From a virus (Duplodnaviria > Caudoviricetes), in the IMG/VR virus record IMGVR_UViG_3300036845_000232, positions 1-59,048 of that record: 59,048 nucleotides of DNA; one strand, 5' to 3'. Below are positions 25,765-35,195 of this stretch, piece by piece. Numbering within the stretch: the first letter of the stretch is position 1; each line of letters begins with the position of its first letter. The position numbers were made by a program, and so were the translations under genes. The notes beneath the pieces were generated by a model. That model was not told the DNA's origin and searched no databases. It saw only the letters and a list, made by a program, of their open reading frames with translations.

Positions 25765-25973
25765 CCGCCTGGCGCTCGCTCGCAACGGCGCCGCGCGATC
25801 GTCCGATCCGGCTCTATCTCCCGGGCCATACCCACAAAATCGGCCAGGATGGCCGCCCGACCGATATCTCCCACGCGGAGTGCGTCGGTCACTGGGACAA
25901 GGCCTCGTCTCACTGGGTGAACGAGGCGGGACATAACGTCTACCCTTCGCAATGGTCGCCGCTTGATGCGTGA
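25761..25973 (+). CDS. DUF551-like small protein
   Basis: WRSLATAPRDRPI...W....PSQWSPL. Confidence 0.65.
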   Translation: MTAWRSLATAPRDRPIRLYLPGHTHKIGQDGRPTDISHAECVGHWDKASSHWVNEAGHNVYPSQWSPLDA

Positions 25974-26229
25974 GCCGATCGCCGAGCGCCTCGCCCGGCT
26001 CGGGCGCCGCTGTCCGAGCGGTGAAGCCTGCGTCGGCGCGTTCTGCCGGGAGCCCTGCGTGCGCGAGCGCCTCGCCGCGCAAGGCCTTGAAGTCAAAGAG
26101 GGTGCCGTCCGTCTCAAGGCTCCCGCGAAATCCTGACGTAGAGCGGAGAATCTGCTATAAATAGCGAAGCGCCGAAGTGCTGGTAACACCTCGGCGCCTC
26201 TGACCATCCCGAGCGTAGGAGCGCCCGAC

Positions 26230-26565
26230 ATGGCTGACGGCAACCATCCCACAATCGTGTTCGATCGTCACTCGCGCTGAAGCGAAGCAGCGAGGACAGC
26301 GACGGTATTTCACGGGCAAGCCCTGCGGTTGCGGCCACATAGCCGAGCGGTGGATCGACGGCCCCTGTACCGATTGTCACCCACGGTTCCCCGTTGCGTC
26401 AGAAGGGCTTTTATGCGATTGTCCGGTTTGCGAGACACGGACGCCCGCACGCGGGCACTTCGGACACTACATGGCGGGATTGGGTTTGCCCCGCCGCGAC
26501 TGACACGCCCCGTCGCGACCTAGCGGCGGGGTTCGTGTTATCAGCCTGCGGCAGCGGCTGGGTAT
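26230..26565 (+). pseudogene. Frameshifted N-terminal part of the HNH endonuclease gene
   Basis: Promoter CTGACG-17-TATAAA and AGGAG RBS before the ATG at 26230; TRAEAKQRGQRRYFTGKPCGCGHIAER lies out of frame. Confidence 0.6.
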
Positions 26566-26901
26566 GTGCTACGCGCATCGCGAGCGCGGCGGAGGGCGCG
26601 GGTGAAAAACGCGCCCGGCCAGTACACCGCTGATGACATCAAGTCTCAATACGAGAAGCAGGGCGGCCTCTGTGCATATTGCCGGCAGCCGCTTGGGTCA
26701 AAATATGACGTGGATCACAAAAAAGCGCTCGCGCGCGGCGGCTCAAATGGGCCCGAAAACATTCAGCTTTGTTGTCGTACCTGCAATCGTCGCAAGCGTG
26801 ACCGCGACCACGAAGATTTTCTGCGAGAAGTAGCCGGAAGAGCGGTCGATGCCACAGGCTTTTCAATCGCAAGAGGGGACCCTCGGTCGTTGGACCACTA
26901 A
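26566..26901 (+). CDS. HNH endonuclease domain
   Basis: CAYC...VDHKKALARGGSNGPENIQLCCRTCNRRK. Confidence 0.8.
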   Translation: MLRASRARRRARVKNAPGQYTADDIKSQYEKQGGLCAYCRQPLGSKYDVDHKKALARGGSNGPENIQLCCRTCNRRKRDRDHEDFLREVAGRAVDATGFSIARGDPRSLDH

Positions 26902-28885
26902 CGCTCCGGACGATTACGATTGGAGCGGCGGAGAAGAAGACGGCTATTTTCCCGTCACTCGTCTCAGGCAGCAATATGTCGATTATCTGAGCGCCAAAGC
27001 TCTTGAGTATGAAGAGCAAAAACAAGCTCGCCATTATTACCATGGGAGTCATTGGTCTCCCGAGGAAGTCGAAGTTCTCCGCAAGCGCCGCCAGCCTATC
27101 ATCACGTTTAATCGCATCAACCGCAAGATCGACGGCATCGTCGGCCTTGTGCAGCGGCTCCGGCAGGACCCGAAGGCCTATCCGACCAATCCGCGCTATG
27201 CCGACGGCGCCGAGATCGCGACGCAGTGCGTGCGCGCGGTGCTTGAAGGCTCCGATTGGGAGTTCATCGACGCGTTTTGCGCCGGCCAGGCCGCGACCGA
27301 GGGCATCGGCGGCGTCGAGTTCAAGCTGGTGCCCGGCGATCATGACGACCCAGACGTCAAGATGGACTTCGTCTTCGGCGACGACTTCTTCTACGACCCG
27401 CGTAGCTTCAAGCCAGACTTCTCCGACGCCCGCTACATGGGCATCGCGAAGTGGCTCGACGTCGAGGCCGCGGTCGAGCTCTTCCCCGACAAGGAGGACG
27501 AGCTCCGCACTCTGATGGTGGAGACCGGCTTCGATCTCACCACCCATTCGGACCGCGAGTTCAAGTGGGTCTACGTCAACGAAAAGCGCCTGCGCCTGGT
27601 GGAGCACTGGTATCGCCACAAGGGCAAATGGTGCTGGGCGTTCTACTGCTCGATGCTGCTGCTCGACGAAGGCGTCTCGCCGTTCCTGGACGAGCGCAAC
27701 CAGCCGATGAACCGGTTCCGCATGTTCTCGGCCGCGGTCGACCACGATGGCGACCGCTACGGTTTCGTGCGCCAGTTCAAGGGCCCGCAGGACGAGACCA
27801 ACCAGCGCCGCTCGAAGGCGCTGTTCATGTCGAACGTCACCCGGGTGAAGGCGCAGAAGGGCGCGGTCGACAACGTCGAGGTCGCGCGGCGCGAGATGAC
27901 GCGGCCGGACGGCTGGGTCGAGTACAATCAGGGTTTCACCCCGCCGGAGGAGGTCGACAACAACGCCGACCTCGCCCAGCAGCTCGCCCTGATGCAGGAC
28001 GCGCGGCAGGAGATCGATTCTTTCGCCAACATCAACCCGGCGATGTTCGCGCGCAACGGCGATCCTGACGACCATTCCGGCGTCGCGATCAACCTGCTGC
28101 AGAAGGCCGGCATCGCTGAGCTCGGCTCTTTCCTGCGCAACTACAAGGCCTGGAAAAAGGGCGTCTACCGCGATGCATGGAACATCGCCAAGCGCACGTG
28201 GCAGTCGGAGCGCTGGATCCGGGTCACCAATAACGACAACGTCGCCCAGTTCCTGCAGATCAATGCGACGGAGCAGGACGAGTTCGGCGCGCCCGTGCTG
28301 GTGAACGCGATCGGCAACCTCCACGTCGAGATGACGATGGATGATGGGCCAGACGAGGCCTCGCTGATGCAGGAGACCTACGAGGTGGTCAAGAACGACC
28401 CCACGGTGCCGTTCCTGGTCAAGCTCGAGTTCATGCCGATCGCGTCGAGCCGCAAGCAGCGCATCCAGCAGATCATGCAACAGCCGGTCGACCCGATGGC
28501 ACTGCAGGCGAAGCAGCTGGCGCTGCGCCAGGCCGACGCGGAAATTCAGGAAACCGAGGCACTGGCCGAGCGCCACCGCGCGCAATCGGTGTCGGATGCG
28601 GCACGCGCCGCGCATCTCGTCTCGGAAGCCGGGCTCAACAGCCAAGAGGCCTACCATCGCGCCCTCAATGTCGGGCAGGGCCTCACCCAAGACGGCCAGC
28701 TCAAGCCGTCGCCGATGCAGGATTTCGGGCCGTTCGGAGGGGGCGCGCCGGGGCAGGGCGGCCCGCCACAGCCGCCGGCTCCGGCGCCGCACCCGATGGC
28801 ACCGGGCGGGCCGCCGCTCGGCGGCGGCCCTGCGCCCGGCGTCAATCTCGCGGCGCTGCGCCGCTTCCTGCCGATGGCGGCATAA
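26849..28885 (+). CDS. Portal protein (P22-like)
   Basis: YYHGSHWSPEE..LRKRRQPIITFNRINRKIDGIVG; DPRS..PDFSDARY; SGVAI. Confidence 0.9.
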   Translation: MPQAFQSQEGTLGRWTTNAPDDYDWSGGEEDGYFPVTRLRQQYVDYLSAKALEYEEQKQARHYYHGSHWSPEEVEVLRKRRQPIITFNRINRKIDGIVGLVQRLRQDPKAYPTNPRYADGAEIATQCVRAVLEGSDWEFIDAFCAGQAATEGIGGVEFKLVPGDHDDPDVKMDFVFGDDFFYDPRSFKPDFSDARYMGIAKWLDVEAAVELFPDKEDELRTLMVETGFDLTTHSDREFKWVYVNEKRLRLVEHWYRHKGKWCWAFYCSMLLLDEGVSPFLDERNQPMNRFRMFSAAVDHDGDRYGFVRQFKGPQDETNQRRSKALFMSNVTRVKAQKGAVDNVEVARREMTRPDGWVEYNQGFTPPEEVDNNADLAQQLALMQDARQEIDSFANINPAMFARNGDPDDHSGVAINLLQKAGIAELGSFLRNYKAWKKGVYRDAWNIAKRTWQSERWIRVTNNDNVAQFLQINATEQDEFGAPVLVNAIGNLHVEMTMDDGPDEASLMQETYEVVKNDPTVPFLVKLEFMPIASSRKQRIQQIMQQPVDPMALQAKQLALRQADAEIQETEALAERHRAQSVSDAARAAHLVSEAGLNSQEAYHRALNVGQGLTQDGQLKPSPMQDFGPFGGGAPGQGGPPQPPAPAPHPMAPGGPPLGGGPAPGVNLAALRRFLPMAA

Positions 28886-28894
28886 GAGGCTTTC

Positions 28895-29269
28895 ATGGCG
28901 ACCGTGACACCAAACATCAACCGCGTCGAGGACGAGCGGGCGCAGTTCGTCGGCTGGGACGTGGCTTGGGCGGGCCTCGCCAATGGTGACGTCGGTGCGC
29001 CGGTCTCCTTCGCGGGCTTCGCCGACCGCAGCTTCCAGGTGACCGGCACGTTCGGCGCCGGCGGCTCGGTCGCGTGCGAGGGCAGCAACAATGGCGCAGC
29101 GAACTATTTCGCGCTCACCGATCCGTCGCAGACAGTCATCGCGATCACGGCCGCGGGCGGCAAGACGGTCACCGAGGCGACGATCCAGACCCGCCCCCAT
29201 GTGACTGCGGGCGACGGCACGACCGCGCTGACCGTCACCATGTTCTTCCGGAGGCTCGCATTCCCATGA
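28895..29269 (+). CDS. Putative virion beta-sandwich protein
   Basis: FQVTGTFGAGGSVACEGSN. Confidence 0.7.
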   Translation: MATVTPNINRVEDERAQFVGWDVAWAGLANGDVGAPVSFAGFADRSFQVTGTFGAGGSVACEGSNNGAANYFALTDPSQTVIAITAAGGKTVTEATIQTRPHVTAGDGTTALTVTMFFRRLAFP

Positions 29270-29799
29270 GCGACAAGCTCCAGCTTCTCGCGGATGCGCG
29301 CAAATTCGCGGCGCAGTTCGGCGCCTTCGTCAAGGCGGCCGAGATGCTCGGCGCCGTCGGATCGATCGAGCAGGCCGAGCAGGAAGCGCGCAGCCGGCTG
29401 GCAGCGGTAGAGGCCGAAATCGCCGCCCGCAGGCAGGCGGCAGACGGAATCGAAGAGACCGCCGCCGCCCGCTGCGCCGCGTTGCGCGCCGACGCCGATG
29501 CATATCGTGCCGCCAAGGAGGCGGAAGGCAACCTCGCCTTGAGCGGCGCAAAAACCGAGGCGGACAAGATCGTCTCCGCGGCAAGCGGCGAGGCCGCCGG
29601 ACTCGTGGCGGCCGCCAAAGCCGCAGCGCTTGCCGATACGCAGGCCTCGGCCGACGCGCGCAATGAGCTTGCCGCGCTCAAGGCCGAAATCGCCAAAACC
29701 AAGCGAGAGCATGAAGCGGTGCTCGCCGCCCACGGCGAGGCAAGCGCGAAGCTTGATGACGTCAACACCGAGATCAGCCGGCTCAAGAGCCGGCTCTAG
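29266..29799 (+). CDS. Ala-rich coiled-coil protein
   Basis: Coupled start; heptad repeats. Confidence 0.7.
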   Translation: MSDKLQLLADARKFAAQFGAFVKAAEMLGAVGSIEQAEQEARSRLAAVEAEIAARRQAADGIEETAAARCAALRADADAYRAAKEAEGNLALSGAKTEADKIVSAASGEAAGLVAAAKAAALADTQASADARNELAALKAEIAKTKREHEAVLAAHGEASAKLDDVNTEISRLKSRL

Positions 29800-29808
29800 G
29801 AGAGCACC

Positions 29809-30297
29809 ATGTCGGCCTATACCATCTCCAACCAGAACGCGGGTTCTCCGCAGAACCTGGGTGCGGCGTACAAAACCATCCTCGCCTGGAACGCCGCGAC
29901 CGGCGCCACCACGCTACGGCGCACATGGCTTCTCGAGGCCGAGGTCGGCGCCGACAACGTGCCGAACGCGACAGACTGCAACATCGCGTGGTCGATCGAC
30001 GTGATGACCGCGGCCGGCACCGGCTCGGCGCTCACCCCGCAGCCCAACGACATCGGCGGCGGCGATGCGGCGGCGCTCGCCACCTACACGGCAAATTACA
30101 CGGCCGAGCCGACCGTCACCGCCAACTCCAACCTGTTCTATCTGCCGCTCAACCAGCGCGCCTCGCAGCGCATCCAGCTGCGCGACGAATACCGCGCCAT
30201 CATCGGCCCGGCCGTCAACCTCAAGGGGCCGGTGGTCCGCGCCAAGTCGCCGAACTACGCGTCCACGGTGGGCGTCTCCGGGATCGTCATGGAGTGA
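29809..30297 (+). CDS. Putative virion protein
   Basis: AGGAG RBS; Ala/Thr/Asn-rich beta composition. Confidence 0.7.
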   Translation: MSAYTISNQNAGSPQNLGAAYKTILAWNAATGATTLRRTWLLEAEVGADNVPNATDCNIAWSIDVMTAAGTGSALTPQPNDIGGGDAAALATYTANYTAEPTVTANSNLFYLPLNQRASQRIQLRDEYRAIIGPAVNLKGPVVRAKSPNYASTVGVSGIVME

Positions 30298-30301
30298 CCG
30301 G

Positions 30302-30607
30302 GTGCTCAAGCCACACGGCTACTCCGTCATTACCGATCCGGGGGCAAAGCAGCTCAAGACCGAGGCCGATCTCGCCACCTGCATCCACTGCCGCCATATC
30401 GATTTCACCAAGAACGCCGAGACCGGCAAGTTCGAGGTGATGATCTATCGGCCGGACGGATCGTTCTATTTCCGCGAAGCCGGCCGGTGTCGCAGCTGCG
30501 ACGATTACATCTGTCCGCGCTGCGCTCCCTGCGAGAGAGGCTCGCTCCATTCGCTGCGCCGCATCGAGGCGGAAGAAAAAGCCGCCCGCAAGTTCGTCTG
30601 CTTCTAG
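30302..30607 (+). CDS. Zn-finger protein
   Basis: CIHC, CRSC, CPRC motifs. Confidence 0.65.
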   Translation: MLKPHGYSVITDPGAKQLKTEADLATCIHCRHIDFTKNAETGKFEVMIYRPDGSFYFREAGRCRSCDDYICPRCAPCERGSLHSLRRIEAEEKAARKFVCF

Positions 30608-30617
30608 AGGATAGATC

Positions 30618-30989
30618 ATGTCCGACCACGCCAAGTGCAAGAACGCCGCCTGCCATCCGGTGCTGCAAATCCGCGGCGAGATGGGCGCGGGAGACTACTT
30701 CGGCGTCATGAAGGCGGATGGCCTCACGCCCGATACCGACCATCACAAGACGGTCGAATTGACGGACGCCAACCGCAACGACTGCCGCATCGCCTGCAAG
30801 ACGTGCGCGCTGGCGACGCCGTGGGCGATCAAGGATGCGCCCGGCATGCCGAACGTCGGCGTGGCGTTTTCGCAAACGCAATGGGCCGCTGCGGTCGCCG
30901 CGAAGGTGCAGAAGTCGGATATGCTCGATGCGCTGCGCGCCCAATTCGGGGACGAGGCGATCGAGACTCACTTCCGGTTCAGCCTCTAA
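30618..30989 (+). CDS. Hypothetical protein with Cys motifs
   Basis: GAGGA RBS; CKNAAC..CKTC. Confidence 0.65.
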   Translation: MSDHAKCKNAACHPVLQIRGEMGAGDYFGVMKADGLTPDTDHHKTVELTDANRNDCRIACKTCALATPWAIKDAPGMPNVGVAFSQTQWAAAVAAKVQKSDMLDALRAQFGDEAIETHFRFSL

Positions 30990-30992
30990 GCC

Positions 30993-31406
30993 ATGGCCTA
31001 TTACGATGCGCTGATTGCGGAATGGCCGTCCCTCTCTCCGGGGACGACTGCTGCGAAACTTGCGCAACTCAATGCGCTGACCGTGACCGGCACAGTTCCC
31101 ACGTCGTTTTTCGTGACGGGAGATCAGCTTCTTAACTGCATCAACTGGACCGAGTTCGCGGCATTGACGGCGCAGCAGCAGAGCAACCTGCTCGCCCTCT
31201 GTCAGGTGCCGGGACAAATCCTCGGGGGAAGCGGGAACACCTCGCACATGGCGCCGGGGATGTTCATTGCGTGTTTCAGCTTGCAGGGCGCGACCATCGC
31301 GGCGCTGACGGCGCTGGCCAAGGGCGCGACGCAGCCGTGGTGGCAGGCGAACGGCTATCCTCGTCCGTTTGACTTGGGTGACATCGCCACGGCAGGGCTA
31401 GCCTGA
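30993..31406 (+). CDS. Hypothetical protein
   Basis: 137 aa, tiles the operon. Confidence 0.7.
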   Translation: MAYYDALIAEWPSLSPGTTAAKLAQLNALTVTGTVPTSFFVTGDQLLNCINWTEFAALTAQQQSNLLALCQVPGQILGGSGNTSHMAPGMFIACFSLQGATIAALTALAKGATQPWWQANGYPRPFDLGDIATAGLA

Positions 31407-31852
31407 TGGCTACCAATTTCCTCTGGGGTCCGGTCGGAACGGTTCAGCATTTGCTGACGACCGAGATGAACGCTCTTGTGACCGGGACGCTCACCGCCGC
31501 TGGGCCGGAGATCAACAATTCTGCAGGCTATCAGCAAGGTCTCTTGTACTTGCATCTGGCGTCAGCCGCGTTCGTCGCCGGCAACTTCGCAAACGTATAT
31601 TTCGTCCCATCGAACGACACCGCCGGATCGATCTATCCGACCGTGACATCGCTGGCCGCGTGGGGTGGTAATAACTATTTCGTCGGTACGATCGCCATCA
31701 ACGGTTCGACTGCGGCGCAGAACGAGACGCTGTTCGTGCCTTACATTCCACTGGGAAAGTTCAAGACATATCTTGCAACCGGCGGCTCGTGCCCGACGCT
31801 GGGTGCGACTTTGAACACACTGGACCTATACCCGACGCCAACTCAGTATTGA
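31406..31852 (+). CDS. Putative virion protein
   Basis: 148 aa beta-rich; coupled start. Confidence 0.7.
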   Translation: MATNFLWGPVGTVQHLLTTEMNALVTGTLTAAGPEINNSAGYQQGLLYLHLASAAFVAGNFANVYFVPSNDTAGSIYPTVTSLAAWGGNNYFVGTIAINGSTAAQNETLFVPYIPLGKFKTYLATGGSCPTLGATLNTLDLYPTPTQY

Positions 31853-31858
31853 CCTAAA

Positions 31859-33517
31859 ATGGCATATTCTCTTTCGAGAACACTGCCAAAAAAGCGTCTA
31901 CCGGTCGGTGTTCCTCCGGGAACGCGAGGGCTCACCAACTGGTGGCCGCTCAACGACGGCTTTGCGGTTAAGTCGCTTCCGGCTGTAGGCGCGATTTACG
32001 GCAGCAATACCGCTGTCAATCCCGCGCCGGGACCGCCATACGCAAATCCGAGCAGCGCGGTAGCTGCGACCGCTTCGACGTCGATTATTTCGTTGAGTGC
32101 CACGCCGTTCGATTTCGGAGGATCGAGCGGGGCATTCACGTTTTCGTTCTGGGCCTATCTGAATTCGTTCACGACGTTTGATGCGTCCACGCTCGGTCGG
32201 TTTGTCTCGTTTGGGGCATCGGCCCATAGCGACGAATTGACGATCATGTGCGGGGCCGCCGGGACCGGCTCCATCGAATTCCGGACGGTCCAAGCCGGCA
32301 CGACCACGATACAACAGACGACGGCGGCGAGCCTTTTTACTACGGGTATCTGGAATCATTTTGTCGGAACATCGGATGGGACGACGTTAAAGTTCTACAT
32401 CAATGGAAAGCTGGTCACGCTCTCGGCGGGCGGCAACTCGCCCACCACCGCTGCAACATTCGCGTTTCTCTGCCGAGCCTCTGCTACCCGGACCATCAAC
32501 GGCAAGATGGCAGATGTCCGGTTTTGCAAAGGCACGCAGTGGAACGACGCGGAGATTGCGGCGCTTTATTTCGGCGCATTCATTCCTCCGCTGGAACTGC
32601 CGACGCAGCTTGTAGGCCAAGCGCAAGCCCAGACGATTATCACCGGTTGGCAAAACTACGACGAGGACCCGCCGCGCCGCCGCCGCATCATCGACGAACC
32701 CCAGGCCCTCGCGCTCACCCCGGCCACGCTTCCGGTCGGCATTGCCGGAATGGCATGGTACGCGCCGGATGAGCCGGTGCCGCGTCACCGCCGTGTAACC
32801 GACGATCAGGCCTGGGCCCCACAGGTTATCGCCCAGCAAGTCACAACGCCACCGAACGGCTGGTGGAACCAGGAAGACCAGCGCCCGGCAAGGCGCCCGC
32901 GTTCAGACGATGCGGCATGGGCCATCACGCCGCCGGCACAAGCTCCGACCGGCTGGTTCCTGCAGTCGCCCGATCCGCCGGCAAAGCGACGGCGAGTGCA
33001 GGACGATCAGATCTGGGCGCCTCCGCCACTTACGCTGCAGGCCCCGAACGGCTGGTTCTGGCAAGCGTCCGACGATCCTACCCGGCGGCCGCGCCGCGCC
33101 TCGGATGAGGTTGCCTTCGTCCCGCTGCCGTTTCCGACGCCGACGATCGCGTGGATGGCGCCGCCGAGCGATTACGTGCGCCGCCTGGCGCGGAGGGACG
33201 AGCCGCCCGCATGGGTGCCGCAGACCTTCACGGCAGCGTCGACCATCGCCGGCATGGCGTGGTATGCGCCGCCGGAGCCATTTCGGCGGCGCGAGCCGCC
33301 ACCGGAGCCGCCGCCCGCGCTGGTTCTGACCCCGGCAACCTTGCCGGTCGGGATCAGCGGCATGGGGTGGTTCTCGCAAGCCGATGATCGGCGCCGCAAG
33401 CCGATAGACACGACGGCAAACGATATCGCGATGCCGTTCGGCGTCTTCGTCACGCCGCCCAATCCACTCAAGGCGGTCGAATGGCTCATTCGCGCCCGCC
33501 GCAGAGGCCGTCGATGA
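31859..33517 (+). CDS. LamG/concanavalin-like domain plus Trp/Pro/Arg repeat tail
   Basis: WWPLND, FTFSFW, WNHFVGTSDGTTLKFYINGK, MADVRF; C-terminal GW...D.P.RR repeats. Confidence 0.8.
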   Translation: MAYSLSRTLPKKRLPVGVPPGTRGLTNWWPLNDGFAVKSLPAVGAIYGSNTAVNPAPGPPYANPSSAVAATASTSIISLSATPFDFGGSSGAFTFSFWAYLNSFTTFDASTLGRFVSFGASAHSDELTIMCGAAGTGSIEFRTVQAGTTTIQQTTAASLFTTGIWNHFVGTSDGTTLKFYINGKLVTLSAGGNSPTTAATFAFLCRASATRTINGKMADVRFCKGTQWNDAEIAALYFGAFIPPLELPTQLVGQAQAQTIITGWQNYDEDPPRRRRIIDEPQALALTPATLPVGIAGMAWYAPDEPVPRHRRVTDDQAWAPQVIAQQVTTPPNGWWNQEDQRPARRPRSDDAAWAITPPAQAPTGWFLQSPDPPAKRRRVQDDQIWAPPPLTLQAPNGWFWQASDDPTRRPRRASDEVAFVPLPFPTPTIAWMAPPSDYVRRLARRDEPPAWVPQTFTAASTIAGMAWYAPPEPFRRREPPPEPPPALVLTPATLPVGISGMGWFSQADDRRRKPIDTTANDIAMPFGVFVTPPNPLKAVEWLIRARRRGRR

Positions 33518-33810
33518 TCTTCCGCCACATGCCCGATGCGCCCGAGACCGCCGAGCACGAGGCCAAAACCGCCATCGCAGCCCTTGAAGGATGGGCGAAG
33601 CGCGCCGGCGTCGAAATCTCGAGCTTCCGTATCGTCCCGAACGCTCCATGGGAGAACCGGGAGATTTCCGTCGCCGGGCAGAAGCCGGATGGCGAGTGGA
33701 TGCGCAACGGCTTTTCGATCGACAATCTGTCGGAGCCGGCCGAGCTCGACGCCGTCCTGATCCGCCTCGCATCCGAGCGCGGCTGGGCCGAGTACCGCAC
33801 CGTTTCGTGA
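33514..33810 (+). CDS. Hypothetical protein
   Basis: 4-nt overlap; protein-like. Confidence 0.65.
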   Translation: MIFRHMPDAPETAEHEAKTAIAALEGWAKRAGVEISSFRIVPNAPWENREISVAGQKPDGEWMRNGFSIDNLSEPAELDAVLIRLASERGWAEYRTVS

Positions 33811-33963
33811 GCGCCTGACGATACAGGCGCAGGCCAGAGCGGGCCTGCTTCACCGCTCTCACGTCCGCACCGAACGAGATCGGCGCACACGTCGGCACCG
33901 GACGATACCGGTGCAACAGGCCGCCGCTGATACGGGCGCTCGTAGTCGCTGACGACACAGCGA
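33805..33963 (+). ncRNA. Array of ACGANA-hexaloop hairpins in the scaffold 5' leader
   Basis: Four hairpins with different stems and conserved loops, plus one degenerate copy. Confidence 0.7.
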
Positions 33964-33979
33964 AACTCAAGGAAAACCT

Positions 33980-35131
33980 ATGGCTGCCAATCGAGGGTCG
34001 GCGCGAGCCGGCAACGGTGCGTCTGCGCGCGCATCTTCTGACGAAGTGAGCGAGCAGGAATACACCCGCACCATCAACGCCGCGATCGCCAACACGGAAG
34101 ACGAAATCTTCCGCGAGGCATCGGCGGAGACGCCGTTGGAGCATGACGGCGACACCTCGCTCGAAGAGATGGGCGAGGGCCTCGAAGGCGAAGAGATCGA
34201 GGAAGAGGGCGAAGAGGGCGGCGAGGCCGACGACGACTCCGAGGAGGGCGAGGAAGCCGGTGAAGCCGAAGGCGAAGAGGGCGACGGCAAGGGCGACGAG
34301 CCCCAGCCGCAGGCCCGCGGTCGCGACCAGCAGCAGGAGCAACCGCGCGACCAGCGCGGCAAGTTCCAGCAGCAGGGCCGCGACCAGCAGCAGCGTGACC
34401 GGCGCGAGCCGGCCATTCCGCCCGCTCGCCTGCGAGAGACCACCGCACGAGCCCAAACCGCCGAGGAGCGGGCCGAGCGGCTCGAGCGCGAGCTTGCGGA
34501 GATGCGAGGCCGGCTGGACGAAGTGTCCAGGCGCGCCACCGCGCCGCCGGCGCAGCAGCAAGAGCAAAAGGTCGACGCCGAGCCGGACATGTTCGCCGAT
34601 CCCGAGGGCTGGAAGTCCTGGAACCGGCGGCAGGCGGAGCAGATCGCAAAAGAGCACGCCAACAACGCGCTCGCCGGCTACCGCCAGGAGCAGCAGCAGC
34701 AGGAGATGCAGCGGCTCGACACGAACCTGCAGGCCCATGCGTGGGGCCGGCGCGGGTTCGAGTTCAACGCCGCCTATCAATCGCTGACGCGGCTCGATCC
34801 GCGCGATCCTCAGGCCCAGGCGCTGGTGCGCAACATCACCCGCGCTGCGGACCCGGGCCAGGCCATCCTCGACTGGTTCGAGGAGACCGGCGGCGCGGAG
34901 GACTTCCGCGAATCGATCCTCGAACAGCTGCAGCCGCGCCAGAACGGCCGCGGTGTCCAGCCTCGCCAGCAACAGCAATCTCGCCAACCGCAGCCGCGCC
35001 AGGTTTTCCGCGGTCCCCGTACCCCGCCCTCGCTCAACGGCGCGCAGGGCTCCAACTCACAGCGCGAACATGATCCGGAGATGCTCGACGGATCGGACGG
35101 CTCTGTCTTCGAATACGCAACCCGCCGCTAA
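33980..35131 (+). CDS. Scaffolding protein
   Basis: Acidic N-terminus, RDQRGKF, IPPARLRE coiled coil, PDMFADPEGW, PPSL; directly before the capsid gene. Confidence 0.8.
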   Translation: MAANRGSARAGNGASARASSDEVSEQEYTRTINAAIANTEDEIFREASAETPLEHDGDTSLEEMGEGLEGEEIEEEGEEGGEADDDSEEGEEAGEAEGEEGDGKGDEPQPQARGRDQQQEQPRDQRGKFQQQGRDQQQRDRREPAIPPARLRETTARAQTAEERAERLERELAEMRGRLDEVSRRATAPPAQQQEQKVDAEPDMFADPEGWKSWNRRQAEQIAKEHANNALAGYRQEQQQQEMQRLDTNLQAHAWGRRGFEFNAAYQSLTRLDPRDPQAQALVRNITRAADPGQAILDWFEETGGAEDFRESILEQLQPRQNGRGVQPRQQQQSRQPQPRQVFRGPRTPPSLNGAQGSNSQREHDPEMLDGSDGSVFEYATRR

Positions 35132-35195
35132 ACCGGGCTGATCTTTCTACTGCCGCTACGACTGCATCAGCCATGACCCCGAAAGGTAAAGGGCC

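Noticed and set aside
26639-29200. Long antisense ORFs (also 32903-34987, 39278-41734, 51671-53350)
   Set aside because: Shadow frames of high-GC3 genes with no protein motifs
33805-33963. CRISPR array
   Set aside because: Stems differ in sequence, spacing is irregular and no cas genes are present
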